A stretch of 64,000 nt of DNA, taken from Paramecium tetraurelia. Lineage: Eukaryota. Location of the stretch: assembly GCA_000165425.1 (NCBI GenBank), contig CT868656.1, positions 248,001 through 312,000 on the forward strand, read 5' to 3'. Under the pieces are notes generated by a model. The model saw only the letters and a program-made list of their open reading frames with translations, did no database searches and was not told where the DNA came from. Both the position numbers and the translations under genes were made by a program. The number at the start of each line of letters is the position of its first letter. The first letter of the stretch is position 1. Below, one piece after another: positions 14,801 to 26,782 of the stretch.

Positions 14801-16193
14801 TTTTTTGTTGATAATTATAAATAATAAATTAATCGAAAATCCTATTTATTTGTATCCCTTTTACTCATTCCATCTACTCAGCTCTTATTCCACTCAAAGA
14901 AGAATCATAATCATTTAGCCCCTATTTACTAATTCTATTATTCTTATATCAAATAATAAATTATGATAGATCAAATAAATATATATAAATTATATTTTCA
15001 AAGTATAAGCATTCAAATAAATTCTTATAAATGGATCGAGGGTGTATTAACATGCTCTTATGGAATCAGAGAAAAAATCATATCTAATAATTTTAGCTAG
15101 AATCCTTTATTACCATTCATCAAACTCATTCCATAAATATTTATATTCTAATACAATAATTATTTATTCTTTTATAATTCCCTATGTTAAGTTGATGAGT
15201 TTTTATGACAATAAATAAATACTTAACTTCTGTAAAATTGATTCACATTACGTTTCTCGTGTATATGGATAGTTTCTGCAGCTACACTCATTGTAGGCAA
15301 TGATATTTTAATTTATTTAACATTTTTTATAAAGTGCAATGTTATTTCCAAAGAAGCCAATAGAAATTCATTATCAATTTGCTTAACTTCTTTCAATGTT
15401 TCTAATGGCAGTTTAATTTTTATCTTAAAATATTTATAAGAAATTTATAATATATAATAGGTTAGGCAAACTATTTCTTGGATTTATAGCAATTTACCAC
15501 AATGGCAAAATTTCGATCTTATGTTTTCTAAATATTAAACCTATGGAATTTGTCGATGCCTTTTTGCATTAATGTTTTTTAGCAATCATAAGTAGTTATT
15601 CCTGCAATAATCAAATATGTATGGAATATAAGCATTCTTAATAAACTATTTATTATTCAATATCTTATCTTTCTCATTGTACTTATTATTTACCAGGATT
15701 ATTTCCAACTGTAACAAAAAAATAGTTTGAATAAAGGACCAATATTATAAATGAGATCTAGAACAATCAAAAGGATTTTTCACGAAAGCATTTTATTCAT
15801 AAACTATCAAAATTGTCCAACAAAAGAAATGCATTGTTAAATAAAATAGTCTGACATTAGTGATGCATGAAATTTCATTATTCATATATTTATAATATTT
15901 ATTTTATTAAATAAAGGTTCTAGTAATTATTATTTATAAAAAAAAAAAAATATTTAATGATTCAGTTTTAGCAATATATCAAAAAATATTTTCTTAATGC
16001 AAAGAAATCCAATAACTTCTTTCTAATTTGAAATTTAAGATTAAGAAATTCAATCTTTTAAATTGATTATAAGCTTTTATAAGTATATTAAGCAACTACA
16101 AACTGTTAATTCTATTAGCATTTTCCATATAAGTTATGATAGAATTATAGATAATTCTAAGGCTAGCATTTTTTTTATTGATATTAAATAATC

Positions 16194-17996
16194 ATGTCTA
16201 GTATTTAAGATATTTAAGGGTAGCCTGTAATTGATGAAAAAGCCATACTATAAATGATCGATACTGTTTTATCTTAACTTTATTAGTTTTAGGAATAAAA
16301 AAATCATAATATGAAGGTTTTGATTTTAGTAGGAGTGACTGGCTCAGGGAAAAGTACAATATTCAATCTCCTTGGTGGGGCTAAATTTAAATTGATAGAA
16401 AGTGAAGATGGAGTAGAAGAATTAGAATTAGAAGAGATTTCCTAAGAATTCTCAGTTATGAAAGGAGGAATGCAATCTGTGACTAAATAACCTAAGTACT
16501 ATTTTAACGAAGAATTTAATCATTTGCTAATTGATTTTCCTGGATTTTAAGATACCAATGGGGAATTCGATCAAATTATGATATAGATGTTATTTTATAA
16601 AATATCCACTCAATCAAAAGTTAAGATATTGTACGTAATAAGACACCCTGAGCTAGAATTTTAGGATAGAGGTACAAATTTGTAAGAGTTTGTAAGAGCG
16701 ACATTTAAAGAGCAAAGTATTGGAATTGAAAATTTAACTTTACTACTAAATGCTTTTAATGAAGAATATTATTCTGATGAAGAAGTTAAAACATCAGCAA
16801 CTGAATAAATATGTCAATTATACAATACTAATAATAGTTTGAATATTATAGTCCTTAGAAAAATCAATTCAGAGGATGATATAGTGAAGTAATTTTCTGA
16901 TGAAAATAGAAGAAAAATATGGGAAGGCATAATTAAATCAGAAGAAATAAAATTATAACCAATAGAAATTCTACATACAGAAAAAATTAGCGCTTATTTG
17001 AGTGAAAAAAGCTTCAAATGTATAGAAAAAGTGTGGTTATAGGTTTAATCAAAATTAGCTTAAAATTTATAAAAAGCATAATAAAATGATTTATCAAGAC
17101 TATAGAAATTAAGATCTATGTTTGAAGATCTAACCAAAATAAAAAAAACTGACTATGTAGAATCGTTTGAAAAATTTGTATTTTCTTTAGGCATTATTGC
17201 TTAACAATTATGTTGTTCATAAGAAGTAAAATATAAAAGAGAAGAATTTTTAAAGATTTATTAATTTTTTTAATAATTTTCAGATTTAATTAATGGGTAC
17301 TCTGAATGCTAGAAACATTCTAATTTTGCTCGAGATTTATAAAATGATATGATAAGGATGATTGAAAATAAAATTGACTTCCTAAAAGAAGTTTAAAAAG
17401 TTGAAAATACAACTGTGGAGAAGAATTAGGAAATAAATCTTAAAAATAAAGCCTTATTAAGAGCAGAATATTCAAGAAAATTGAAAAAACAATACTAATA
17501 ATAATTAAGATAATTGGAAGCAGAAACTAAATAGTTGAAATAGGAGGTTATTTCATAAAGATATGAAAAATATGAATTAGAAAATAAAACTGCTTTAATA
17601 TAAACTCAATATTATAAATTTAAATAACAAAGCGAATAAGATTAAAGAAATCTAGATTAGAGAATTTAGCAAGAAAGGAATACTTAATATTAAATATAGA
17701 GAATCTTCTAACAAAAACAAGAAGAACTAAACGACCTAAAAAAAAGGCAGTAATAGCAATTAAATGCAATTTAAGCTGCGCTATAAGAATAAGAATAAAA
17801 GAAGAGAGGAATAATGAATCAAATATCTTCACTTAAGAAGGTCTAAAGTTAATATCAAAATTAATTAAGAGAAATTCGAAGTTATAATTCAAGCCTAACA
17901 AGCCAAGTAGAATATAGATAGAAGGAAATAAACTAATTAAAAACTACCGTAATTGCTCATTCATATGACAGTGGTGGTGGATGCCAACTGATTTGA
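16194..17996 (+). CDS. P-loop GTPase (AIG1/GIMAP-like TRAFAC) plus coiled coil, C-terminal CaaX; paralog 1
   Basis: 1803-nt frame, apparently intronless. G1 GVTGSGKST, G2 SVTK, G3 LIDFPG; Glu/Gln/Lys-rich tail; ends GGGCQLI-TGA. Confidence 0.88.
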
Positions 17997-18322
17997 AGAA
18001 GTGTGAGCTTTATTAAAAAAATAATTTAATATGTAAATTTATAAAACTATTATTGATTAAAAACTCATGCATTGAGCCAATAATCTTAAAAATTTATGAT
18101 TATTAATATATCTTCTACATTAGAAGAATTTCTTTGTAAGAGACTTTAAGTATTCTAAACATTATGAGAAACATTACAACATACAAAAAGATTGTTGAGA
18201 TGAGATTGGAAAAGCATAAGCAATTTCAATAATCGGGGGTAAAAGAGTGAAATATGAGGGAATGATGGGGTATAATTATAATTATTCAAATGTTCTTTAA
18301 AAAATTTAATAAAAATTACTCT

Positions 18323-19963
18323 TCAGTAGAACCTCCGTTAATTGTTAATTTGAGAATTTAATTATTGCTAAAGCTAATTAATTTCACTTTTAGACTCTTA
18401 ATATCTATTTTATAATATTCTCATTGTTTAATCAAATTAATAAGAAGAGCTATTAATATCTGAATATTTTTGATTTAATGAATATTAGTCTTATTAATTT
18501 TATAATAGTAACTGCAATTACTAATTACTTAATCTATTGGATTAAGCTTAACTTGTCTATTATAAATTTTAATACCATGAATTCCAATTATTTACCTCAA
18601 TTTACTAAGAATTTTTTTAATTTTAAATTGCTTTTAGTTGTTATTCAGCTTTATCTTTTAAATTTCTTTCCATTTATACCGATTATTGTGCTACAAGCGC
18701 TCCTTCTGATTCTATTTTTTACTGATATTCTGCTTACTATTTTTATTATATTGCATTTAATTTTTCGCTTTCTACATATTTTAAATCTTTCTATTTTTCT
18801 AAAATTGAAATTTATTGCTTAATAATTTCTAAATTTGCAAAGCATGATTTGCATGCTAAAATTTAATTAATTAAACAATTTTAATAGCCAGCTATTATAT
18901 CTTCAAACTATGAGAAGAAAATAAAAATTTTTGAAAACTCACAACTAATAGAACAAATCTCATTTTAACAATTCAGTTAAGTGGCAATTTATTAGGATAA
19001 TTTGATAAAATTTGTATATTGAGTATCATCCTTTGAATTTAGGTTTGAAAGTAAAGTCACTAATTTCTCAAATAGAACTTTAATATTACGTAACTACCTT
19101 TCTTATAGCTTATCAACCTTTTGTTTGCATTAATTATTCAATTTTTCACAAATGTTATTGTACATCTAGAAATTTTTCTCACTTAAATATTAAGTAATCT
19201 TTTCGCTATGTTACACATATTTTGGAGAGAATTAGATATCTTATGTTTGATTTAATTCTGCCATCAATTAATCTCTTTTTTCTTCAGAGAAGATTTTTGC
19301 AATATCTAAAGGAGATTTACACTTTCTTAAGACTGAGATTTGTTTGAAATCAGATTAAAAAATTACTTATAATTATTTTTTAACACTTTCTCTTAGTCCT
19401 TAATCAGACATTTTATCACCATAACAATTAAGCAATAAGCAAATTTTTTCAAGATCAACTTATTAACCTTAAAACAAAATTTTAATAAAATCTTAAAGGC
19501 CTACTCCTCTTTCATTAAATCTAGTTTCTGGGTGTCTAACAACATAGATTAATTTGACTTTAGACTTTGAAACAATCTTTTAAAATAACATCTAAATGAG
19601 AATTTAATCTAATTCTCCATTCGGATCTTTAAATCCAGGGAAATCAATAATTAAGTGATTCAGTTTTTCATCTAAATAGTATTTGGGTTGCTTTGTGACT
19701 GAATTCATTCCTCCATTCTATAAAGCAAATTATTCAGAGTTTTCTTTTAATATTAGTTATGACCCATTTTTTATTTCCTGCCATTCATAATTCCCTCCAC
19801 ATAAAAAGTTAAACACTGTGCTTTTTCCTGCTCCTGTTACTCCAACTAATATTATAATTTTTGGTTAATCTTTCATTTTTGATTCAAATAAATCCATTAG
19901 CTTTTGGATACCATTTATTAGCTATAAAAATTAGGATTCATCTAATGATCCTTTAGCAATCAT
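18323..19963 (-). CDS. P-loop GTPase (AIG1/GIMAP-like) plus coiled coil; paralog 2, no CaaX
   Basis: 1641-nt open frame; GVTGAGKSTVFN, SVTKQPKYY, IIDFPGFKDPNG, IYVVRHPE; ends NNQRRFY-TGA. Confidence 0.88.
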
Positions 19964-20078
19964 TCTATTTTTTATATTTTGTAAAATACAAAAGGGAGAT
20001 TAATAGACTCAGCTAATTCTATCACAAATATTAAAATATTATAGATTTAGAATTGTATAATTTTTATTAAATTTTTCA

Positions 20079-21848
20079 TCAAATCAATTAGCATGAGGAT
20101 CGGATTCTACAGGCTAATTCTCGTATTTTCTTTTCTAATTCTCCTTAATCGTTGCGACAATCTTGTATTAACTACATCAACTCATCCTTTTTAATAAGTT
20201 CTTCTTATACAAGCTTTGCTAGTTCTTTGTGCTCAGATAACATATCATTTAGCATCTTCTCTAATTTTTCATTTTCAGCTTAATTTTAAGTTTAGACATT
20301 GGAGAGTGTTTAACTTATTTGTTTTAATTCTGTCGAATTATCCTAATTCTATTTATCAACTTCTTATATTCTTGATTAATACCTTAAATTCTCTGTTTCC
20401 AATGTATTTTTCATATTAATTTTATCTTTTTCTATTCTTTGATTTTCATCTTATTATTATTAAAACTATTGGATTAATATCTGTTATTGAGTTTGAATTT
20501 CAAATTTTTCCTGCCTTTCTTTATTCAAATCATTTTATGTATTCTGATATACAATTAAATGCTGTGATAAGTTTTATGAAGCTTATTATGCTAATTGAGA
20601 TTACTTTTAACTATTTTCATCTGCTCGAAGCCTTAATTAGGATTCTTTCATTTTTTCCTTCTCAACCTTCAAAAGATCTTGTTATTTTTAAATAAGATCA
20701 AGTTTACCTTTAATTATCCTAATGATATTTTCACACTTCTCTTAAGCAATTTTGCAATTATTTTTTATATCTTCATAACCAGGGATAAATTCAGAGAGTT
20801 AGGCAAAAAAACTCAATATTGTCATAAAATTTGAGTAATCTTAACATTTTTAATTTTAGAAATTTAAAAGTGAAATTGATTTTACAAAATAATTAATTAA
20901 TTCTTAAAACCAATTAACCATGTCTTTTTTTTGATTATTGAGGAAAAGTGATATCTATTTTAAAGATTATTCTAAATTATTAACTTATTCACAGGTTAAT
21001 TTTTCTAAATTATCATTTAAATTATTTTCTAAAGTTGAACATAATTAATCTAAAATTTATTCACTTTTTTCACTCAACTGCAGACCAATTTTTTCGCAGT
21101 TAGGTACATATTTAAGAGAGATAAGGACTGGATTAGATTTTAAAAATTATTAAAACAGATAATTTCTTTTTTGAGGTGTTAAAATTTGTTCAATATCTTA
21201 ATTTTTTGAAATTTTTCTCATTACACAAATGTTTTGAGGCCTACAATTATAAATCCTTTCTAGTTAACTTTGAACATTCGTGATTAAATTCTCATCTGTT
21301 AAATTATCATTATAGCAATTTAACATCAAACATATTTAGGATATATCAAAATTTTCACCTTAAAATGTTTAACTTATGAATTATTATAACGAAGTTCCTC
21401 TATTATTAAATTGATTTTCTAGATGTTTAATAACATATACAATTCTCACATTTGCAGATTTTACGATTTAATAAAATAATAATTATGTGAGAACTTAATC
21501 TATCTTTCCATCAGTATCTTAAAATCCTGGGAAATCTATTAATAGCGAATTAGACTAGTGTGAAAAGTAATAATTCGGACTCTTTGTGACTGATTTCAAT
21601 CCTCCTTTTATGATAGAAAATCTTTCTGATTTATCTTTAATACATAAGTTTTATCTAGATTCTGGTCCATTCATTTCAAACTCTGCACCACTCAAGAAAT
21701 TAAATAATGTACTCTTGCCAGCGCCGGTTACTCCTATTAAAATAATTACTTAAGAGTATTTAGAATTCTGGTCTTAAAACAAACCAAATAATTTAGAATG
21801 GTTGTTAATTATATGTAGGAGTTCTTACTCATTAAATTTGGTTTGCAT
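20079..21848 (-). CDS. P-loop GTPase (AIG1/GIMAP-like) plus coiled coil, C-terminal CaaX; paralog 3
   Basis: 1770-nt span (multiple of 3); GVTGAGKSTLFN, SVTKSPNYYF, LIDFPGFQDTDG, VYVIKHLE; ends RSSCQLI-TGA. Confidence 0.88.
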
Positions 21849-22374
21849 ATTAATAATTATAATAGAAAGGCACTTATTTCAATATATATTGAACCTAATT
21901 CTATTATGATTATTTGATATATAATTTTTATTTATAGGTGTTAATTAAAACTTTCTTAACAAACAAGTTAACAAAACAATAATTTCCAATACATAAGATT
22001 TAAACTTGTTGTCAAATAAGAAAAAATATTTTATGTTTTTAACCAAAAAAAATACATCAATATTAGAATCTTTATACTCAGAAATATTTCTTTATCCCTA
22101 AAGCATATTATCATCTTATGAAATCAAAAATTAATAAAATGAAAAAACTTTTAACAATAATTATCTTATTTCTTAGATTAAAATCATTGTATTTATGGTT
22201 TTATCTATTATTTATGAGATATTATATATATATTTAAGATAGCATGTAATTTATATCACCCCATATCATAATTATGATTTTCAAATTATTTACTTGCTTA
22301 TCATGAAAACTTATTATTTGATTTAGTAGTTAATATAATAAAAAATTAATAATCATATAGATAATATAAATGAT

Positions 22375-22839
22375 TCAAAATTCCTTCCATTTTTAAGTTA
22401 CCATCACATCATGATCAATATATGGTTTAATTTATTTTGCTTTGGTTCTAAGGGGTTCTAAATTCATTTTCAAAGTTAATAATTTTGATTCGTTAACTGA
22501 TTTATTAGTCATTGGAACATATTTTATTGATCTTTCAAGTAATTTTGCTTATTGATGTTGTTCTTCAATAAAGGATTGAGCTCTAAATCTTTGATTTATA
22601 ACTTAATATAAATGAATCTTCTTTTTAGCTCTTTAATATTCTTTTTCTCTTTAGCGAAACTCTTTTTCTCTTTCTTCTTAAAAATCTCTTAATTTTGATA
22701 AGTTTTCTGCAATTTGTATTCTTCTATCTAAAAGGATATCTTGGAGATCAAAAGAGGATTGAGACATTGATTTGGAAGGGTTTCTGTAGAGAGAATTTTA
22801 TTATCGTTTGCAAGTTGTTTTGGTATTAATAGAAAGCAT
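22375..22839 (-). CDS. Hypothetical 154-aa basic/coiled-coil protein
   Basis: Uninterrupted frame MLSINTKTTCKR...DVMVTQKWKEF-TGA. Confidence 0.6.
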
Positions 22840-23000
22840 ATAGTTTATTTTTATAATATTTGGTAATAAAAATATTTTATTGTTTGAGTGATTGCATATC
22901 AATATGTTTTCATTCTTTAAGTGTTAGTAAAATGTTCATTTGAGATGGAGCTATTAGGGATATAAAAATTTTTATTAATATAATTTATATATAATACAAA

Positions 23001-24133
23001 ATGAAGAAAAGCCTGAGCGCTCTAATTCCCAATAGTTTTATAAAGAAATATTCATTCAGACCACCAGAACCAGCAAAATACGCTTTTGAGTTTAGAGATA
23101 AGAAATATCATTTTTTTCCAATAATAAATGGATAGAGGAAACAAATATTCAATTATTACTTACAAATAGATTCATACGTACTCAAGAATGATAAAATATG
23201 CGTTCCAATAATACATTTTTCAGGGTATATATAAAATTTAAGCATAGATTGTAAAATACGAAAACTGAAGTATCACTATCAAAAGAATGCTTGTTTAGTT
23301 CTAAATCGTTTTAGTGTGATTTTGAGAAATTAACCCAGAGGAACAGGACGTTAGTAATATTTTCTCATGCTAATGCCAGTGATTTGGGAGATGTCTATTT
23401 TTTTGGTGAAAAAATAAGTATTGAATATGGGGTTGATTTCATTGCATATGATTACACAGGTTATGGGATAGGAGTTGGATAATATAAAGTTAGTGAATAG
23501 CAAACTTATGATGATTTGTAGAGTGTAGTATCGTTTGCGATTAACAAATTGAACTACTCTCTGAATTAGATTATATTATGGGGTTTTTCGTTGGGCTCAG
23601 GTCCTGCGACAGAAATAGCCACTCGTTTTGGAGGGTTGGCAGGCTTGATATTGCAGGCTCCAATAGCCTCGATATATAGTTGGTTTGGAGAAGGGGATTA
23701 TGGGAATTAGGACATGTACGTTAATCATAAGAAGATTAAAAATGTTCAAAGCAACATATTAATAATCCATGGGGATTAAGATAAGATTGTTGGTCATTAG
23801 CATAGTGAGAAATTGTACAATAATTATATGCAACATAATGATGGAGGGAAAATTCAATTTATATTGGTAAAGGATGCTGGACATAATGATCTATAGTTTT
23901 ATATTGAGAGAGGAGAAGATGATTTGGGGGCATAGATTCACAATTTTTTGAGGAAGAAAGGAGGAGGAGCATTTAGTGAAATGGAGAATAAATTATTGAA
24001 TTAAAGTTATTTGAAGGAACACATTCCTGGGTAAAATATTTACCAATGCAATTCATTGAGAAAGTATTCATCTTCCTAAGAACTTCAGATTAAGAAAGCA
24101 CATAGTTTCTTTTCTTTTTGTACTTGTGATTGA
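23001..24133 (+). CDS. Alpha/beta hydrolase, ABHD17-like (depalmitoylase family)
   Basis: FRPPEP, IFSHANASDLG, AYDYTGYG, nucleophile elbow GFSLG, LIIHGDQDKIV, AGHNDL. Confidence 0.9.
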
Positions 24134-24203
24134 TATCCATTAATTCTTATTTGTTTCAATGTATTAAGAAAAAACATATATATATATATATTTTGAAATA
24201 ATC

Positions 24204-26782
24204 ATGGAGACAGTGACTTTTGGAGGCGACAATCCTCAACCACGTTTTGGTCACACTATTTGTGTGATAGCCCCTAACAAAATTGCTCTTTTTGGAGGTA
24301 GGATATTGTTTAGAGGAAGGTGCTGTTGGGGATACTGGAAAATATATTATAACAGGAGATGTTTATATAGGGGATGTTATTTAGAGAAAATGGAAGAGAA
24401 TAGAAGCAAGTGGAAGTGTTCCAACGAATAGAGCAGCACATTAGGCATTGGCCATTGAATTGAATTAAATGATCATATTTGGAGGAGCAGTGGGAGGAGG
24501 AGGTTTGGCAGATGATAATTTATTTGTTTTTGAATTACGCGATGATACAGGTACATGGGTTACAGTACCAGTGATTGGTACTACTCCTGGTAGAAGGTAT
24601 GGCCATACTATGGTACTCATAAAACCATATTTAATTGTCTTTGGAGGAAATACAGGATAAGAACCTGTGAATGATGTTTGGGAGTTTCAATTATGGAGAA
24701 ATCTCCATATTCATGGTCCTAAATTGGAATGCTCATCAGAATTACCTTGTGTTAGAGTCTATCATTCAGCTGCTCTCTGTAATACAGGATCAGCAAGTGG
24801 AATGATGGTGGCATTTGGAGGTAGAACAAGTGATTAGAGTGCTTTGAATGATACTTGGGGATTGAGAAGACACAGAGATGGAAGATGGGATTGGGTAAGA
24901 GCTCCTTATAAAAATTAAAATGAAATACCTGCTCAAAGATATTAGCATTCAACTTTATTCTTTGGGAACATTGATGTTGGTAATAGGAGGTAGATCAAAT
25001 CAAGTGGGTGAAACTCTACCTTTTGAAATTTATGATACCGAAAGCTCTGAGTGGTATAAATTTCAATCAATCCAGAGATTCAGACATTCATCATGGTTAG
25101 TTGATTAATTTCTATATCTCCATGGTGGTTTTGATTCAGATCAACCCAATATTCCTACTGAAGGTATCTTGAGATTAGATCTTAACAAACGATTTGCATA
25201 AACTCCATAATTGTTGAGGTAATTGAATACTGTAAGAAATGATAATACTTTCATGTAATCATTCAATCCTCGTGCTACTCCAAATTTAAGCAATAATAGT
25301 ACTCAAGAGTAATTTAGAAAAACAAATTAATAGACTCAGTAGAAAAGTATAATTTATTTTATAAATATAGACTAATAAAGTTAATAGTAGGGTCGTGTTT
25401 CATCTGCGAATAACAAAAATGTTAGATTAGCTAATTAAGCTTTGGTGGCCATGGTTTATGGTTCTGAAGAAGACATAATTAATTAAGTTAAGAAGGTGCC
25501 TATTGATAAGTTGTAGGATGAACACAAGAAATTAGGTGCTGGTTTTTAAGATCCCAATTCCTAAAATAAATCTTAACTTGTTGAATAAATGCTTGCTCCG
25601 TTTTTATAAAATTTACTATTGCCTAAAGATTACCAATCTATCCCTCCAAATTCAAATCTTATGACTGGGATTAAAAAAGATTTCATTATCAAGTTGTGTG
25701 ATGAAGTTTAGAGAATTCTTGAAAAGGAGCCGATTGTCTTAAGACTAAGAAGGCCAATCAAAATATATGGAAATTTGAATGGTTAGTATTTAGATCTCAT
25801 GAGATTCTTTGATCATTTCAAAGCTCCATATGATAATCTTTACAATGGAGACATTGATTCTTAAGATTATTTGTTTTTGGGAGACTACGTTGACAGAGGC
25901 ACAAGATCTCTTGAGATAATTCTACTCTTATTCACACTCAAGGTAAAATATGGAGATTAGATTCACTTATTAAGGGGGCATCATGAGGATCCCAAAATTA
26001 ATAAGATCTTTGGATTTGCTGATGAATGCTTTTTAAAATATGCAGAAGATATCAATGATCCTAATAGTATCTATCAAAGGGTGAACAGAGTATTTTAATA
26101 CATGCCATTAGCTGCAGTAATAGAGGATAAAATATTTTGTGTTCATGGGGGTATTGGATAAACAATACGTACAATCGATGAAATTGAACTCATTCAAAAA
26201 CCTCTCTAGATTGTCCATGATCCTGTTACAGTAATTTATTAGCAATATAATAATTTAGTATCAACAGAAGATTGCTTTGGAATTATTATGGTCTGATCCC
26301 TGTTTAAATGAAGAAGAATTGGAAAATTTACCGAATGTTGAACGAGATCTATTTTAAAATAAATCTATAATTAGATTTGGAAATAATAGAATCGCCAAAT
26401 TTCTTTAGGAAAACAATTTGAATATGATAATTAGATCTCATGAACCTACGAATGAAGGATTTGAAAGATTAAATAATAGTGTCATCACTATATTTTCTTG
26501 TAGTGATTATGGAAAATGTGGGAATAAAGGAGGTATTTAAATGATAACATTATTATTCTAGCCATACTTTCTATAACTAAGCGAGGAGACATAATTCCAA
26601 AGGTTATTCCGACAGCAAATCTTATCAATGAGGCTAGATGGCTGAATTTAGAAGATGCTGCTTAAAGGACTCAAGGATTTGTCAAATCAGTGGATATCAA
26701 TAATGATGAATTACAATATAGAAGGAGACCTTTTACTCCATCGAGATAGAAAAGAATTGGATCACAAAAATAATTCAAATGA
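24204..26782 (+). CDS. Kelch-repeat PPP phosphatase (PPKL/BSU1 family), catalytic motifs degenerate, frameshifts in this sequence
   Basis: Kelch repeats (PRFGHT, RRYGHT, RVYHSA, FGG); PPP domain with GDYVDRG, CVHGG and LLWSDP but GNLNG and GHHE; C-terminal RRPFTPSR. Confidence 0.9.

Noticed and set aside
17620..20419. Hydrophobic track ORFs (17620-17832, 18478-18822, 20216-20419) resembling membrane proteins or toxins within the GTPase cluster
   Set aside because: They are the antisense of Q/E/K-rich coiled-coil coding sequence, which automatically reads as Leu/Phe/Ile-rich.
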